DNA from: Phoronis australis
Taxonomy: Eukaryota; Animalia; Phoronida
Direction: 5' to 3'
Length of the DNA stretch: 64,000 nt
Assembly (NCBI GenBank): GCA_002633005.1
Contig: NMRA01000304.1
Location: 89,200 to 153,199, forward strand
A program made the translations under genes and the position numbers. Positions 49,601 to 63,929 of this stretch are shown piece by piece. Within the stretch, counting starts at the first letter, position 1, and every line of letters begins with the position of its first letter. Under the pieces are notes generated by a model. It saw nothing but the letters and a program-made list of their open reading frames with translations. It was not told the origin of the DNA and did not search any database.

Positions 49601-52600
49601 TGAATTCCAACAGAGCCTAGACCAAAACCTAAATTTAATGTAAAGATGGTGCTCCAGGAATAGCTTCCACTGAAGATGTTTGGGTTGATTCACATCACGG
49701 AAACGTTCAGTTCCCCTAGCAGCCTCAAAGCTGTATGCAGTAATCGCCTGTTTTGAACAAGTATAATTACTTGGCGGAATTCTTCGAATTCCGACAAGTA
49801 TGTTGCTCTGTCGTCAAGTTTTTTTTTTTTTTGTTCGCACTCTACAGGTCGCAATTTTCGTCCGATTTTCACGAAATTTGCACACAACATGTAGATTGGG
49901 ATGTTCTGGAAGGCTATTGTTTTTGGTCATGATCGGATACAAAATGGCGGACGTGGCGGCCATTTTGTATCCGATTTCACAGTCAAATACTCGTAGAGGC
50001 CGCATTTTTCGACGTATATGGCTCAAAATCAGTACGATTATACTAGAACGCATGTGCTACAATTGTGCAAAAAATCGTTGACTTTCGGTTAAAGATGGCG
50101 GAAATATTGGACGTGGCGCATGCGCACCCCGAAATATGGCTAAAAACGTTTTCTCCTGTAGAGGGCGCAATTGCAAACCAATCACTTTCAAACTGGTCAC
50201 GTGTATGTTGAGTTTAATAAGCTTTTATAAAAAATTATTGAACCGGAAGTCACCTTCAAGATGGCGGCTGTGGGGCATGTTCACACGGTTTCAATCGCTC
50301 TGCTGTCGCNGTTAATCGCAAATCACATTATGTAATTAATTTCATCAATTCCAGTTGATTTGCACATGGTGTATTTGTCTAGTGTTAAACGCTTGATCCC
50401 AGAGGTGGAGAGTAAGTCTGCATGATTAGTAATTAGCAAAGATCGTTTATGCGCTGTCTCATTCTTAATAACTGAGATACCTGTTCAGTGAACAATGATA
50501 TGTGAATTCCAACAGAGCTTAGACCAAAACCTAAAATTAATGTAAAGATGGTGCTCCAGGAATAGCTTCCACTGAAGATGTTAGGGTTGATTCACATCAC
50601 GGAAACGTTCAGTTCCCCTAGCAGCCTCAAAGCTGTAAGCTGTATGCAGTAATCGCCTGTTTTGAACAAGCATAATTGTTACTGTAGAATTCCACGTCTG
50701 ATTTTCATTGGCTTCTAACATTGCTGTGAGTGCCTGCAGTTTTTCAGCACGTTGTCATGTGACAGCCATATTACAGATCTTGAAAATGACCTAGTGTTAA
50801 TTTCGTGTTTTGTACCCTTTCAGAATTGATGAGAAAATGAGGTATTACTTGTCAGCCACATTGTCTCCTAAACTGGTGAGATTTTGCTTCTCATCAACAT
50901 TTTTGTAATTTAGATTTGGACAAGTCCAAAAATTTGCTTTACACTGACGCAGGGGCTTGTTTTGTTGGAGAACGCTTTGAAAGTTTGTTCTTCTTTGCCT
51001 GTGTGGTTTCAGCAATCAATCTCAACACATTACATCTTATGGATTGCTTTGTCCTTATATGAATGTCGCATTAATTATCAATTTCATTTGTTTTTTACTT
51101 GTGAAAATAGCACCTTTTTCCTCGTCATGACTGATTTAATCTTCTTTCTCTTTATTGCAAAAACATAACCTAAAGCTTTGTTACATGCACATTTCTTGTC
51201 AGAAACCATGTACCATGCACAACCTGTTTTTACTTAAACTTCCCAAATATTGAATTTTCATCGAAGACAAGCTTGATAAATAAATGTCCATTTCCGTCAA
51301 TACAACCTGATCGTGGTTGTTGTCATTAGGCTTTCCAAGAAGTATTCACCAAACTGTTTGTCTTGGTCCCAGCGTAGGAAAATGAATACATTTGCCATTT
51401 GCTATTATAACACCAAACACGACAGTATCGAATTTGTGGCAACAGTTCGGTCTCTTGTTTTGCATACGTGTGGAAATCATTCTGTGTTTAAACTGTTTAA
51501 TCATATTTGCTGTTCTTTGTTCATACTAGGCCTTTGTATGCATCATCGCCTTTGTAACAATTTTCAATGAAGTCACCATACCACTGATGAGGGTCATTAT
51601 TCATGTACCGCTCAATGGAACGTGCCGTTTGCTGCCATCTAAAAATCACTTGGCAGACAATGGTGTCTTGTTATGAGTGCATCTGCCGCTAATTTTTTTA
51701 AGTCATTTATTCATTGGCTCTGTTTCAATGGCCGTCATGATATTCTGAAAGTTGACCGTTGAAACAATCGTTACATTTTTATTATTGGACAAAATGATGG
51801 AATCACCGTGTGAGTTCCTTTCTAAGCTGAAACACCCAGGTATGATGTGGATCGGCTGAAACAATTTATTTCTATGGCAAGAGACATGGCTGAGATAAGG
51901 CTTGGAGTCCAATTCTATTTTAAACTTCTTATCTTTTGTTACTCTTTGTTATAATCCTTTGAAAAAACTGATTGGCCTAACAGTGCCACAGTTAAGCAGT
52001 TATGTAACACACAGTCCTGTAATACCTGTAATACCTGTCATGGACAGGTCTTTGGGGATATCGTGGTGCATTAATCCCCTCCCCCAGACCATTCCTGTGA
52101 CAGCAGAAGGTGCAGAACTCCAGGGCTTCTTTGTCTGATCTCAGGTCTGAGCTGTATTCCCTATTAGACCTAAGACACTGGTGAGAAAAGTTCTTGCGAT
52201 CACGTGCTTTACTTAATGCATGGCAATATCTGGCGAAAAATTTTTCGTGATCTTTTTTTTCATGAGATTCTTACATCTACAGACCACAGCCCTGGTTAAT
52301 GGACACCCGCTAAAAGAAACTTTGAAAATCTTTCCCACGTGCTCATACGTTTGTTCTATCTTTCTGAGCAAGTGATAAGTAATAAGGTTGCTAGAGATAA
52401 CATGCATTACGACCTTGACCTTATAAAGGTAAGAGGATTATCGTGGTCACACCAAAGCCGATATGACTTTTAAACCTGGTTTAAAGATTTTAGGCTTGGT
52501 GTGAACAGCTTTTGAATTGCAACTGTGGCCCTCTGTTGGGATGGATTTGCAAGCAATTGTAAATTTTATAACCCACTCTGACTGGTCAGCGCAGTTGTAA

Positions 52601-55600
52601 AAGTTACCACTCGTATGTTTTTATGAAAGGACTTCAGTGGCACTGACCTCTAGCGGCAAAGTATGGAACTTGGGTTGGTATGAACACAGCTAATGTTATC
52701 TGAGGTAAAACAGTGTTTGTCTTATGAATGCCGGTTGAAGGTTATCATATAAATCAAATGCAGATTCAATCAATGGATTCTTTTACAGGGGAAATAATAT
52801 TTGAGATATTTTTGTTTATTTATTTTTTTAAGCTTTAAAAGACTGGATAACCCACTGAATTTACCGATTTCCAAGCGGGCACATTCAGAAATATTAGCAT
52901 TTACCTAATGGCAAGTGGCAAAATAATGCGAAGAGTTGTATGCGTCAAAATCTCGAACAAGTACTAAAAATGATAAGAAGTGACAAAATTTGGTTATCAA
53001 AATTTGCCAAATTATTGTAATTACCAATATTCAGTCTCCTATAATTTGCCGAATGTAATGATTGATGTGTATTTCATTTACATTTTCCTAGTAAAGTTTG
53101 TACCGTTAGCTCTGGTATTTAAACGAATGCCATTGATTTTCTGTCGTTTTAGAATAGGTGGTGATTTTTTTCACACACAGTTAGCTTTGTGCTTGTTAGT
53201 GACATTCAGGTTCCAGGATATACCAGTGATAGTGCTTTGTGTGTGGTGTTACATGCATGCTCAGGCCGTCTTGGCTATTGTGTTTCTGTAGGTAGGCTTA
53301 TTCAGTTTCTCATCATTCTGTTTGAAACAGGTACAATCTGGCCTATTTTTAAAAACTAATTTTCAACTTTGACCACTAGCTGTTATAAATTGGTATTGAA
53401 TTGTTAATCAGATTAGAAGTGATTTCTGGCAAAAGGGGGCAGTTGGATACTGGTTGAGGACAGAGTCGACAAATTGACTTGATAAGGTGGAGCTTTTTAT
53501 GGATCCTAGAAATATGTCCAAATTTGGCTAACTTTGCAACATCTCATCTCAGAATCGTATGAACGTATTCTTATGAAATTTCAGATGCCATGCTTAATGC
53601 ATTTTTCTCCAAAACGCCGTTAGGAATTTTTTTTTACTTTTTCATGAGGGGCAATCAAAATAGAACTGTTATCATTTTCAGGAAACAAATTCTTAAGTTG
53701 CATGAAATGAAATCGAAATGATATTTAAAAAACTGAAACACTATTTTCAGATCTTATCTTGAACATATTTGTCTCTCAAAAAACTTGATTATTTTATAAA
53801 TAGGGTTCTTTTCCTGTCAATGTACTTAAATTTACTAAAAAGAAGTGGCCATGTGACTCAATTGGTGGCAGGTCTGTAAAAAGAGTCAATTCCTAAGCCT
53901 TTCTTCTTTCAGAAAATAAGTGGGTTAAAATATAGTTTTGTTGATAATTGGCTTAAGAGGCACACTTGTCAACAGCAAACTACAGTATCACTTCTTCTCT
54001 AGCTCAGATATCACTTTTCATTAGGAATCTGAGCAGTGACCAGTTTAATAATGGCAAATGGTTTATATCGAGCTGCTAATGCCGGCTCTTGGTTCATATT
54101 CCCTTTGATATTTTTCTTCTTGCAATAGCAGAATCTTGCACTGTATACCTCAGTATTTTTCCTGAAGTGTTCCAATGATTAAGAATTTAACTTTTTTCTA
54201 TGATGTTATCATTATTAATCACAGGTACGCGAAGTTTTCTGAGTTAAAAATATGGTTATATGTGGTTTGGTATTCATAAGGGAATTCAAGAGGTGTTCAG
54301 ATGGTGGTAAAGTTTGAGGAAAGACAGTTGACAGTGGCTTTTTGAAAATAGCAGTTATAATTCTTTGTAATACTTTCAGTATTAAGCAATAGCATTGCTT
54401 CATAGTTCTTGAATACTTAAAAACATATCATTTACATCTAGTTATAACTCAAAGATATAATTACTATACTCTTAAATGAGAGATCTAATGACCATAATAA
54501 CATCTTTTGCGTAGGAAGTCAATCAGGGTTATTGCCCCCTACGTTGTAATCAAGCTATTGTTGGAAATATCTGGGTGGAAAGTTGTTATTCAAGTTATTG
54601 TACAAGTTGTTCTGTGCATTCATTTTTGAAAATGCTCGGAAAGCTTCTGTTTGGAACAGAAAATGAGGAGAAGAAGATGTTTTCTTTTTTCTAATTTCTC
54701 AACAAGACATAAGAAAGATTAATTTTCTTCGTTTTAAACTTTTATTTGCTTTACATCTGTCACTCAAACAGCTTTTAGTAGTGTATCATAGAAAATGACT
54801 ATTTAGACAAAATTTTCTTAGAATTTGAATGAGACTACTGTATGTGATTATTTTGTGAGAGCACAGTCCTTGATCATCGAAGGGTTCATCGGCACCTTCT
54901 GTCTGAGTTTGGACTACTTGTCAACATGGCAGTCATTGAAGGGTTAGACAGAGATAAGATTTGACCACTGGTACAACTTGTCCCATTGAGGCGAAGCTGT
55001 AATCAGTTCAGGGTATCACAAACAAACATACCAACCAAGTGGTCAGAACGCACACACACCTTAACCGGCAGGTCTGAGCTACAGGTGTGCTGTCGATTCG
55101 TCATCAAAATCCAAATTTACCTGCTGTGATCAGGATCCAGGTAAGCTGAGACTGAAGCTCATTAACAGGGAGATGATGCGGTTTCTGTAATTTGTCATGT
55201 ATATTACATTTTCCATCTGTCGCTGTGACGACATTCCACCCACCTGGAGATGAAAGTAGGTCACACGCGTGCCTGACAGGTAACATGTAGATGTGCTCCT
55301 TGTCTCCTGATACTTCCTCAATCCATGCAAAGCATTGTCTAGCACGCGGATTATTACGTCAGTCACTTTATGTGACACTGGTATATACATATAATGTTTT
55401 CTGCACACATCCGTCGTGCATCACCCAACATGGATTGATGCAGATGACTGGCATTAACTAAGCTTTTAAAATTCTTAAAAGACCAACGACGTGTTCTTAA
55501 CATGGACGCTAGTGTTGTTCTGATTCATTTTGAAAGGGAGAAATATCGAGATTTTCATTACAGCGCATGTCTATGGGCACTTTTTCTAGGTTAGTATGTG

Positions 55601-58600
55601 TCTGCATGTAATTCTTGTGATTTTAAAATGTTTAGCTGCTATTATTGACATGGAATATTTCCAATAGCTCACTTGCGAGTTTCTCGCTAGTCACTGTGAC
55701 GTCACNCAAATGACCAAACGACAAGCTTTTGCCCCACTTCCCGTGACGTCACAGTTAAGTCTCACATAATCTCGCGTTATTGTTATAAACTCGCAAAAGG
55801 CCTATTTACTTATTACTGAAGACCAGAAACATTGCGTTCAGTTGCATGACATGTGAGTATGTTTTTTGAAGAGATAACTTTATTTTTTATTTTTCAATGG
55901 TAACTAACAAATGAATGGTTGGCTCATGAATTAAAGCTGATGGAAAATGTAGCTTGCCAATCGCAATGTAAAAACATGAATTAGTATTTGATTCATTTTT
56001 CCTCGTCTGGTTATTTCACTGCCGGAGACATTGTTACTGCTTGTAGGGTAACATGACCCTGGTAGGGACAAAATTTACTAAAAATGTGAAGGTGATGGGG
56101 GTATATACAACATGACCACTAAAATACAATTCGGGTCTGCACATATCAAGTAGAGTTACTCCGATCTTTGTGACTTTGTTCCAAGTGAAGACAATGCAGC
56201 CCAACGCATTGAGTTCTAATGTTGCTCACCAGGGGGGCTCAAGTTTTCAGTTTACGGGATCTGCTTTAATGGGGGATCCAACAATTTGGTCAAAGGTTAG
56301 GGTGCACCCAAGTTGTTTTATAGTCGTTTTAAGTGGTGATGCGATGTCATGATAAGATGTACTGTTACACTGGCTGGCAGTTGGTATTGGTGGTGTGATA
56401 TTTTGCCTTATCAGTCTATAAATTGGTTTGATATAATATGATAATGCACTAGTAATAGATAGAGTGCTTGAGTGATATCCTGCCATGATTTGATTTGCAG
56501 TTTGCCCTGAAGCTCCAGTCAGTGTGCTTACAATATCTTTTTTATCTATTGATTGCTTTTATTTTCGTTATTTGAATTTTATAACTGCACTTTGCCTATC
56601 TTTTTCTAGTATCAGTATACAAGATAAAATTTATGTTATAGTATTGCTTGCTAAAATAAATATTTTGTAGCAAAGGGATTAAAATGAATTTTTGCTTGTT
56701 TGAAGTTGTCAGACAAGTTTGTTTTCCAGGACATGTAACCGATCTACCACAGACACCTGCTCGAAAATAGCTAAAGATTTTATTTGAAAATGAATTCCAA
56801 CAAAACGTGTTTTCCATTGGAGGCATATTTACGTACCTCGAACAAGGTTTTTGTTAAATTTGTGTTAAGCTTAGATTCATGGCAATCATTAGTTGCTGTG
56901 ACTTCTGGAACTGTTTAGAAAAGTTTCTTTCTGTGTTAGATATTCCGTTTCCTGGTTAGTCTCTAGCAAACTGTTGCATAATGGTGGTGAAACCGGGGCT
57001 TTCATTTGCATTCAATATGAACCTCAGATTGTCCATTAGGGGCCCACTGCTGGTGCATCTCTGACACACTGTGGTGTGGCTGGCTGCACATGGATGAAAA
57101 TCGAGGACAGGCCTTCATATGAGAAGGACAGACCCAAAACTGCAACAGACAGACGCAAAATGTGATGGACGGGTTTCGATGGAAAAGAGTGATCGTTCTA
57201 CACTTTTGTGACCTCAGATTGCATTTCTGAATGCTGTTGTCGAGTTGAATTACAAATACTAAAATTTTATTCACAGTTTGCTTTCTCAGTACTAAAGATG
57301 GTACGCCTGCATGAAAAACCTGTAATAGTCACTTGCAGGGGTCCCGCATTTTGAGAAACGATTTTCTTTACAAACTAAAAGAAAGGAAAAAGCGTAGAAA
57401 ATTTTGTAAATTCAGCTTTGAAGATGTGTAGTTCAACCCATATATATTTAATACAGGTGCTGTTGCATTGCTGATTTCAAAGGCTGACATCGCGCCGCAA
57501 GTTTTTCACAGCATACCTATGAATCAACTAAAGAATCGAGCAAGGGAACTACTTTAACCCTCCCATCTCATTTGTTGTCCGTCCTTCGCTTTGTTTGTCT
57601 TCGTCCTTCCCATTTGAAGGTTTGTCTTTCCCGTTCTCTGTCTCTCCTTCCCATTTGAAGGTCTGTCTCTCTCCATGTCGAGCAGTTGGAGCTTCATGTT
57701 TGATGATAAAACCACTCACGACAATTCAATTTTTTCTGTTGTGAAAAAGAACCTCTCTAGTTGATTAGCTGGAAGATGCAACCTTAACCCAAAATCTGTA
57801 ATCGTTTTAGATGAACGAGAAGACGTCCAGAAGAAAACTTTCGCTAAGTGGATTAACTCTCAACTGAAAAAGGTAAGTCAAAGGTCATGTGTGATCAGAG
57901 TGGTTACTTGTGACCTCTGTGACCCAGAATGACCCATTTTATGATGACCTTGTTCACTGAACCAGTGTTCATCTCTAATAATGCCTGTCTATGTTACTAT
58001 GGCAACCACGTCCAGCAGTGAACTAATCACGCAACAATTTTTACTTATTAATTTAAGATTCTTTAATAATTTTTAGCAGCCGCATTAATTGATGCATTTT
58101 AATTCATTTTTGATATTCAGAATTTTATTTTGAATATATTAGTCTGTCTCATTCATTTTATTCAAAACTGTTCAAAATTCACAAAACCAACTATGAAACT
58201 GTACTTTGCTGTTGGGTTGTTGCGTTTCCTTGGTACCTTGGAAGGTAAAATGTTAATGCATACCTGTTGGGATAAGCAGTTAGCTAAAAATAGTTTTAAG
58301 CTAATTATTTTGAATGAAGCGGTTAGGTTGTAGTGACATGTGAATTCCACGCTCACTTGCTTTGAAAAGATTTACCGCAAGGTCAAACCGACCACTTGAC
58401 TGCCGCATAGTAAATGAGGCTGGCATGTTAGGACATCTATTTTTAAAGTATTTGCAATAATTCCATGCAATACCTAATCGAAACAACAAACATAAGAAGG
58501 AGTAGTGTCCTAATAACTTTTGTAGTGCTCCAGGAATGTTAAGGCCACCATACGGTCTGAACACAATGTTTCTTAAATGTGTGTACCTTCTCAGCCCTGA

Positions 58601-59729
58601 CTTTCTGGTTGCTAAGTCTTCCAAAACTGAAAGTTAGTGTAAATTATGAAATAATTGCCTTGGCAAAAGCTAGAGCTTGTTTGGTTGTGACAGAGTTACG
58701 TGATAGTGTTTCGTGTGAATCTTGCATAGTCATTGTGTAATGGTAATCCCGGAAACTTGTCCTAAGCCAGACGACAGGACAAGGGAGACTGCTGGCACTT
58801 GTTTTAATATTTTTTGTTTAATCTTTAAAACTTGGGATATTTTTAGCAATGTCTTGTGTTTTCGATAGAGCCACTACTACTGGTCTAGTGTCGCTGTAGA
58901 ATAGGTCTAAAGCTAGATAGAAGGTGAAATTTCAGGCTTTTTTCACCATTATTTTATTAATGACGCTTCATTACAATCCCCAGTGCGGCTTTATCACCTT
59001 CACTTACATGTCTTAAGCTAGCGCCATGCTGTTCACTGGTTGAAGGTGGACATTTCAGCTGTGCTACCGAGATTCGTTATAATCAAACCCTCTAGTACTC
59101 CAAATCAGTACTCAATGTATGCTGCAAAAACGAAGTAGAATTTGAAAATTGCTACTCCGAGTCAAGTATTTTTAATGATAGCCCAATTCCACCCAGTCAA
59201 TGAAGTCTGCTATTACACTATAGTTACTGTCAATTAAAACCCGGCTTCAGAATCCTGTTGGAAGATGCCCTGTCTGTGTGCTTGATAGCTGTTAGACAGG
59301 TGTTTTCCCTCTCTCTTTCTCTCTGTCTCTCTCTCTCTCTGGCCAACTCTTTGCTAATGAGATGTTGAACAGTCCAAACGTCTTTTCAGAGGGTAGATCT
59401 CTCTTTGTTTCTCTTCCGCCTGTGAAGCAATCGGTGATGTCAACATCATAGACTGTGCTTTTGCTTGTTGAAGTTGAACTCCATGAATCCTCCACAGGCA
59501 GTTCTTTAACTGGCGGAACTGTTGGCAGATCACTCCATTTTGAATTGTTTGATTAGAGCCAGGGTGCCAGCAAATAAGGTCAGCTGCTAGGACAACATTC
59601 TTGAAATAGTTGGCCTGATCATCTCCTTCTTTTTAGGCAAAACAATCGGCAGTCAACGATCTGGTCTTGGACTTACGTGATGGAACAAAGCTTCTGACTC
59701 TGCTGGAAGTGCTAACGGGCTCAAAACAG
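46683..59729 (+). CDS. DMD: Dystrophin/utrophin ortholog, first coding exons (N-terminus and start of the CH1 actin-binding domain); continues beyond the right edge
   Basis: Exons 46683-46767 (MSRYSIKRRASEEESELDTFKEKIREFA, phase 1, acceptor at 46653), 57811-57872 (DEREDVQKKTFAKWINSQLKK, 62 nt) and 59637-59729 (AKQSAVNDLVLDLRDGTKLLTLLEVLTGSKQ, 93 nt). EREDVQKKTF and the 62/93-nt sizes match vertebrate DMD exons 2 and 3; the first exon resembles the utrophin N-terminus in length and character. Confidence 0.85.
49409..50677. repeat. ~360-bp near-identical duplication (49409-49768 and 50311-50677) flanking a HINE-like insertion and a single N
   Basis: Both copies start GTTAATCGCAAATCACATT and end GAACAAG(T/C)ATAATT. 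They differ by a few substitutions and a 7-bp duplication (AAGCTGT). N at 50310. Confidence 0.9.
49769..50309. mobile_element. HINE/Helentron-type non-autonomous element, truncated by the N
   Basis: Terminal hairpin ACTTGGCGGAATTC-TTC-GAATTCCGACAAGT next to a TT site. AAAATGGCGG/AAGATGGCGG recurs in ~150-bp subunits. Confidence 0.55.
55663..55806. mobile_element. MITE carrying two TGACGTCA (CRE-type) palindromes
   Basis: TIRs AATAG..TTGCGAGTTT and AAACTCGCAA..CTATT; TGACGTCA at 55697-55704 and 55744-55751. Confidence 0.55.
59309..59340. repeat. (CT)n microsatellite
   Basis: Interrupted CT dinucleotide run. Confidence 0.85.
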
Positions 59730-60320
59730 GTGAGTACTTTTGCTGAGGGTCAATTGAAAAAGTCTCTAACAAACCAAGTGACAGAAAGAGATAGTTGAGC
59801 ATTGTTTTTGTCTGAGTAGCAGCAACAAGTGTTTTGGTTGCCTGACATTTGTTTGCCCTTTAGTCATGGTCCATTTGGAAATGTCAATGACAACTGGCCA
59901 CCACCAGGGGTCAGAATTGGGCTACCTGCTTTTATGTGTTGAACTTGCACTGTCAGTTCTATTGCAAAGACTTATCAGTCCGAACAATTATGTTTTAGGT
60001 GTTTGAAACGTAAATGTCATTGAGAAGAGGTGGCAGAGTTTTGCAAACTTGCATTTTTTTGTGTCTGTAATGCTCGGGCAGTAGTTCCTATTGGCTAACT
60101 ATGTTTAGATTTCTTGTAGTAGCGTTTTTGTAGTTATGGAGTCAACTCTTAATTGCTGATATCAAATGTAAGTGCTCCCAAAGTGAATTGCTCCCCCCTT
60201 CTATTCTGGTCATTTGTTCCGGATCACTGGTTGTGGATATTTGGAGCTCAGAATTTGGCTAGCTCTCTCCTACTCTGTGCACGGTGATAAAGTGCGATGA
60301 TGTAAAAGCTGAGTACAGGA

Positions 60321-61728
60321 TTTTTATGCGCCCACATATTTATATGTGGACGCATTATGCCACCATCTCCGTCTGTCCGTCCGTCCGGCGTCCGCTGCTC
60401 TATCTCCAAAGCCCTTGACGTATGTTCATGAAATTTTGCACAATCATGTGTTCCTTCTGTGGATGGGATGGCATGAACGACCTTTCGGATGGATCCGACA
60501 ATGTTTTCACGCTTACCTCTGTATCTTGAAACAGTCCTTAACGGATTTTAACGAAATTTGGTATGTGGGCACCTATGAGTGAAATGACGCGATCCTCTCG
60601 TTTTCGGATGGATTCGTCGTAGTTTGCGCTACCTAGTGGCAATTTTATTTTTTTACATTTACCTCTGTATCTTCAAAGGTCCTCAACGTATTTTCATAAA
60701 ATTTGGCATACAGGCATCTGTTAATTAGTTGAGGCTATCACTCCGTTTTCAGATGAATTTGACCTAGTTTGCGCCACCTAATGGCCATTTTTACTGTTTT
60801 CGAGTCTGTTTTTTGGCGTCCACATATCTGTCAACCAAACCGTTTTCAGGATAATTGTGAAAATTGGCATGTATGTTTTTACTATGAAGTGGACGGCTGA
60901 CGATGATTTTCTGACCGACTGCTGGGGCACCTCCTAGTGGCAGTTTTGTTTTTTTTTATGCTCATGGCTATATCTCCTAAACTGTTTGTAGGATCTTTAC
61001 TTAATTTAGCAAGTGTATTTATGTGATGTTGGCTGCAGATGACGACGACTTTCGGACAGATCGGACTATTGGTGTGCCCCCTAGTGGCAATTTTAGTTTT
61101 TACGTTTAACTCTGTATCTTCAAAGGTCCTCAACAGATTTTCATAAAATTTTATATATAGGCATCTGTTAGTGAGATGGCGCTATTTTCCTGTTTTTGAA
61201 TGGAATCGAGGTATTTTGCGCCACCTAGTGGCCATTGTTGTTGTTTTCAAATCTTGTTTTTGGCGTCCACCCCTGTATCAACCAAATCATTCTAGGAATG
61301 GCTTTGAAATTATCGTATATGTTTTCAGTGTGAAGAGGACATTTGATGATGGCAACTAACTACTGTGGCGCCTCCTACTGGTAATTTCGTTTTGTTTTGC
61401 GCCCATAGCTGTATCTCCTAAACCCACTGCAGGATCTTTATTAAATTTAGTAAATGTATTTATTTGAAGATAACAACAGACGACGATGACTTTCAGGCGG
61501 ATCCAACGATGCTGTGCCCACTAGTGCCAATTTCATTTTATTCTGTTTTACTTTGTTTCTCTGAAGTTCCTTGACAGATTTTTTGGAAATATGGCCATGT
61601 TCCTGTTTTTGGATGGATTGTACGTTTTGCGCCACCTAGTGGCCATTTTTATGATACAAATAAATAACCCCAAAAGCATTTGCAATGCATTTATGGGTGC
61701 ATTTCAAAGCTCTGCGTTGCTCTTGTTT
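60321..61728 (-). mobile_element. Helentron-associated (HINE/DINE-like) element, inverted homolog of 25864-27098
   Basis: One end is TTTTTATGCGCCCACATAT..ATATGTGGACGCAT (hairpin) followed by a CCGTCTGTCCGTCCG microsatellite; the other is GCTCTGCGTTGCTCTTGTTT. Internal GCGCCACCTAGTGGC subunits; a block repeats at ~60655 and ~61100. Confidence 0.75.
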
Positions 61729-63929
61729 GATTTTTTGTCCATTGGAATAGAAAACAGCCAATGAAACGGATACTTTTGGCATCCACCCAAAATAAAAATG
61801 GTACCAGATTCCAGTAATTGTATTTAGCAGTTTGATTTTGTTGAAAAGCCTCCAAAATGAATTTTGCGGTATCTAATCTGTTTTCAATTTGGCACAAAAA
61901 TTATTACCTTAGTTACACATTTCCATTCTAAGGTTGATTACATTTGGCAAAACACAAAATTTTACCACTTTGGTTTCATGATATCATTTATCAATACAAA
62001 CATTGATAATGATGTAGTCGGGCTTTTTCAACTTATATTCTTGATAAGAAAGGACGTGTTTCGTGTTTTTTGAAGAGCATTGCCGATAATTTCTGTACAA
62101 GTGTGCAGTGGACCTTCAAACTGGATAACGTGAGGGATTTAAGTTTATACCCTTTGTAAAAAATTACTTGCAGCCTGCCACATTTCAGTGGGAGATTGAT
62201 GGAACTTCAGTGCAGTTAATTCTTGTGTGGCTGGAGCCTAGTTACAGCTGTAATTAGCCATTTTGGGTCAGATTGTGTTGTAAGCATAGAAATTCTGCAT
62301 CACTACGATTTTCAGTTTCAGTCCAGTTTCGTGAATGTGACACTGATTGAAACCAAACTATGTGTTCAATTGTTCAGACAAAACACCCCAACCAGGCGAC
62401 TGGAGCAATGCCCAGAACCTGGATAAGACAACTGTTCATGTTTACACACATCTACCAACTAGTCTAATTCATAACATCTGTTCCACAGACTAATTTTTCC
62501 TACTATTCTGTCTTTGCATTGTGCCCAGTTTGAATGATGGCCTATCAACCAGAGCTGTCTAGTTCTGGTTGGCGGCACTGCTGTTTGCAAAGCAGTTCTT
62601 GTGGGTACCACTGGCATTGTTCCATGGCATTGTTTTGGGTTGTGGAACTTAACGCTTCTGTGTCATTCAGGTTCCTTTAAAAATTAGACTCAGATTTAGC
62701 ATTACCCTCAGTAAACAAGTTTTCCTTTCCGTTTATGTGTCTTAAATTTCCTCATCATTGAAATTAAAACCTATGCGTTATTAATAGAAAGAGTAGCTGT
62801 TCAGCTATTTTTTGCTGAGCTCAGCTTTTTTTAAACATGGCTGCAGGTGGCACTGGTTCACTAAATAATGAGGTCATTTCGAGTGCTGTGTTATGTGATG
62901 TTCAATTCTTTATCGAGGGCTCAGAGATTACTGTAAGTCTTTCCACATCTTGCGCTACGTCATGTTTCAATCCTCTATAGTCCTGTCTGGTTTTTTGAAC
63001 TGGCTTGTGGCTTTGGCAGCAGTCTTCTCATGATAAGGGTGTGCTTGGATAAATGTTGAGAACAACAGTGTGTCAGGACTGATTTAGAGCTTCAGCTTGT
63101 GTAAGTGTTGCTGTGTTTTTAATGTGAGTTTGTTTTGAATTTCAATTCAGTTACTTTGGCTCTGACTGGAAGATTCGAGAAATTAGACGTTTGGTTTTTT
63201 GCTTTTGCCGGGATTCTTTTCATGAAAAGTGAAATTAGAAATTTGGTATAACGCTCCACACAACTATTTATGAAAAAAAAACATTTAATCATACTTTGGC
63301 AAAATACTGAGTCTTTTAGAATGTACTCATAACTGCTGGTAAATTATTTTTGAGCTGTGATGTTCTAATGCATAACATTCATAATCCATTATTCAGTAAA
63401 GAAGTTGGTACGTGGGATAAAATTTCACACCTAAGACTTATTAAAGTCCATTTTTGTGGTACAGACTCACCTGGAGGGTCTTGTATCCAACATGAAGCTG
63501 GATTCATGTTGGAGCCTTTACTGTAAACTCTCTTTTGGAATGAGTTATTCGTTCAGGTTTAATTTTATTGATAATACATCTATTTTATAATAGTATTTCT
63601 ACTCTCTATTTCACAAAAGCTCACCGATTTAGGACACAATGTGGCAGGCAAATAAATTTTTTGTTTTCACATTTTTTCGTGAGCAGTAAGAAGGACCAAA
63701 GTATTACTATTTTTAGGTTCTGCAGCTGAAGCATGGCCTACAACTAGTTCAGTTTTCAAGCCTAGTGAATAATGAAATTTGGTGATCTGGTGGTTTAGAA
63801 TGAGGTGTTTCAGTGTTACTGACAATGAAAATTTAATCTGTTCCACCATAGTTTGACTCAGTGACGTCATTTGTGTATGTGAACAGCTAACGAAAGGAGT
63901 CTTGTGTTGACTTGCTTGCCCACTGTACT

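Noticed and set aside
50824-50875. Exon-like segment (TTTCAG|...CTG|GTGAG) in the dystrophin intron
   Set aside because: It is 52 nt with a stop in the required frame, and its own ATG ends in phase 0, incompatible with the 62-nt exon.
54900-55146. Possible alternative dystrophin first exon ending CCAG|GTAAGC
   Set aside because: No ATG in the phase-1 frame after the TAA at 55062.
57811-59729. Alternative assignment of the CH exons to dystonin/MACF1, nesprin or beta-spectrin
   Set aside because: EREDVQKKTF and the exact 62/93-nt exon sizes and phases favour dystrophin/utrophin.
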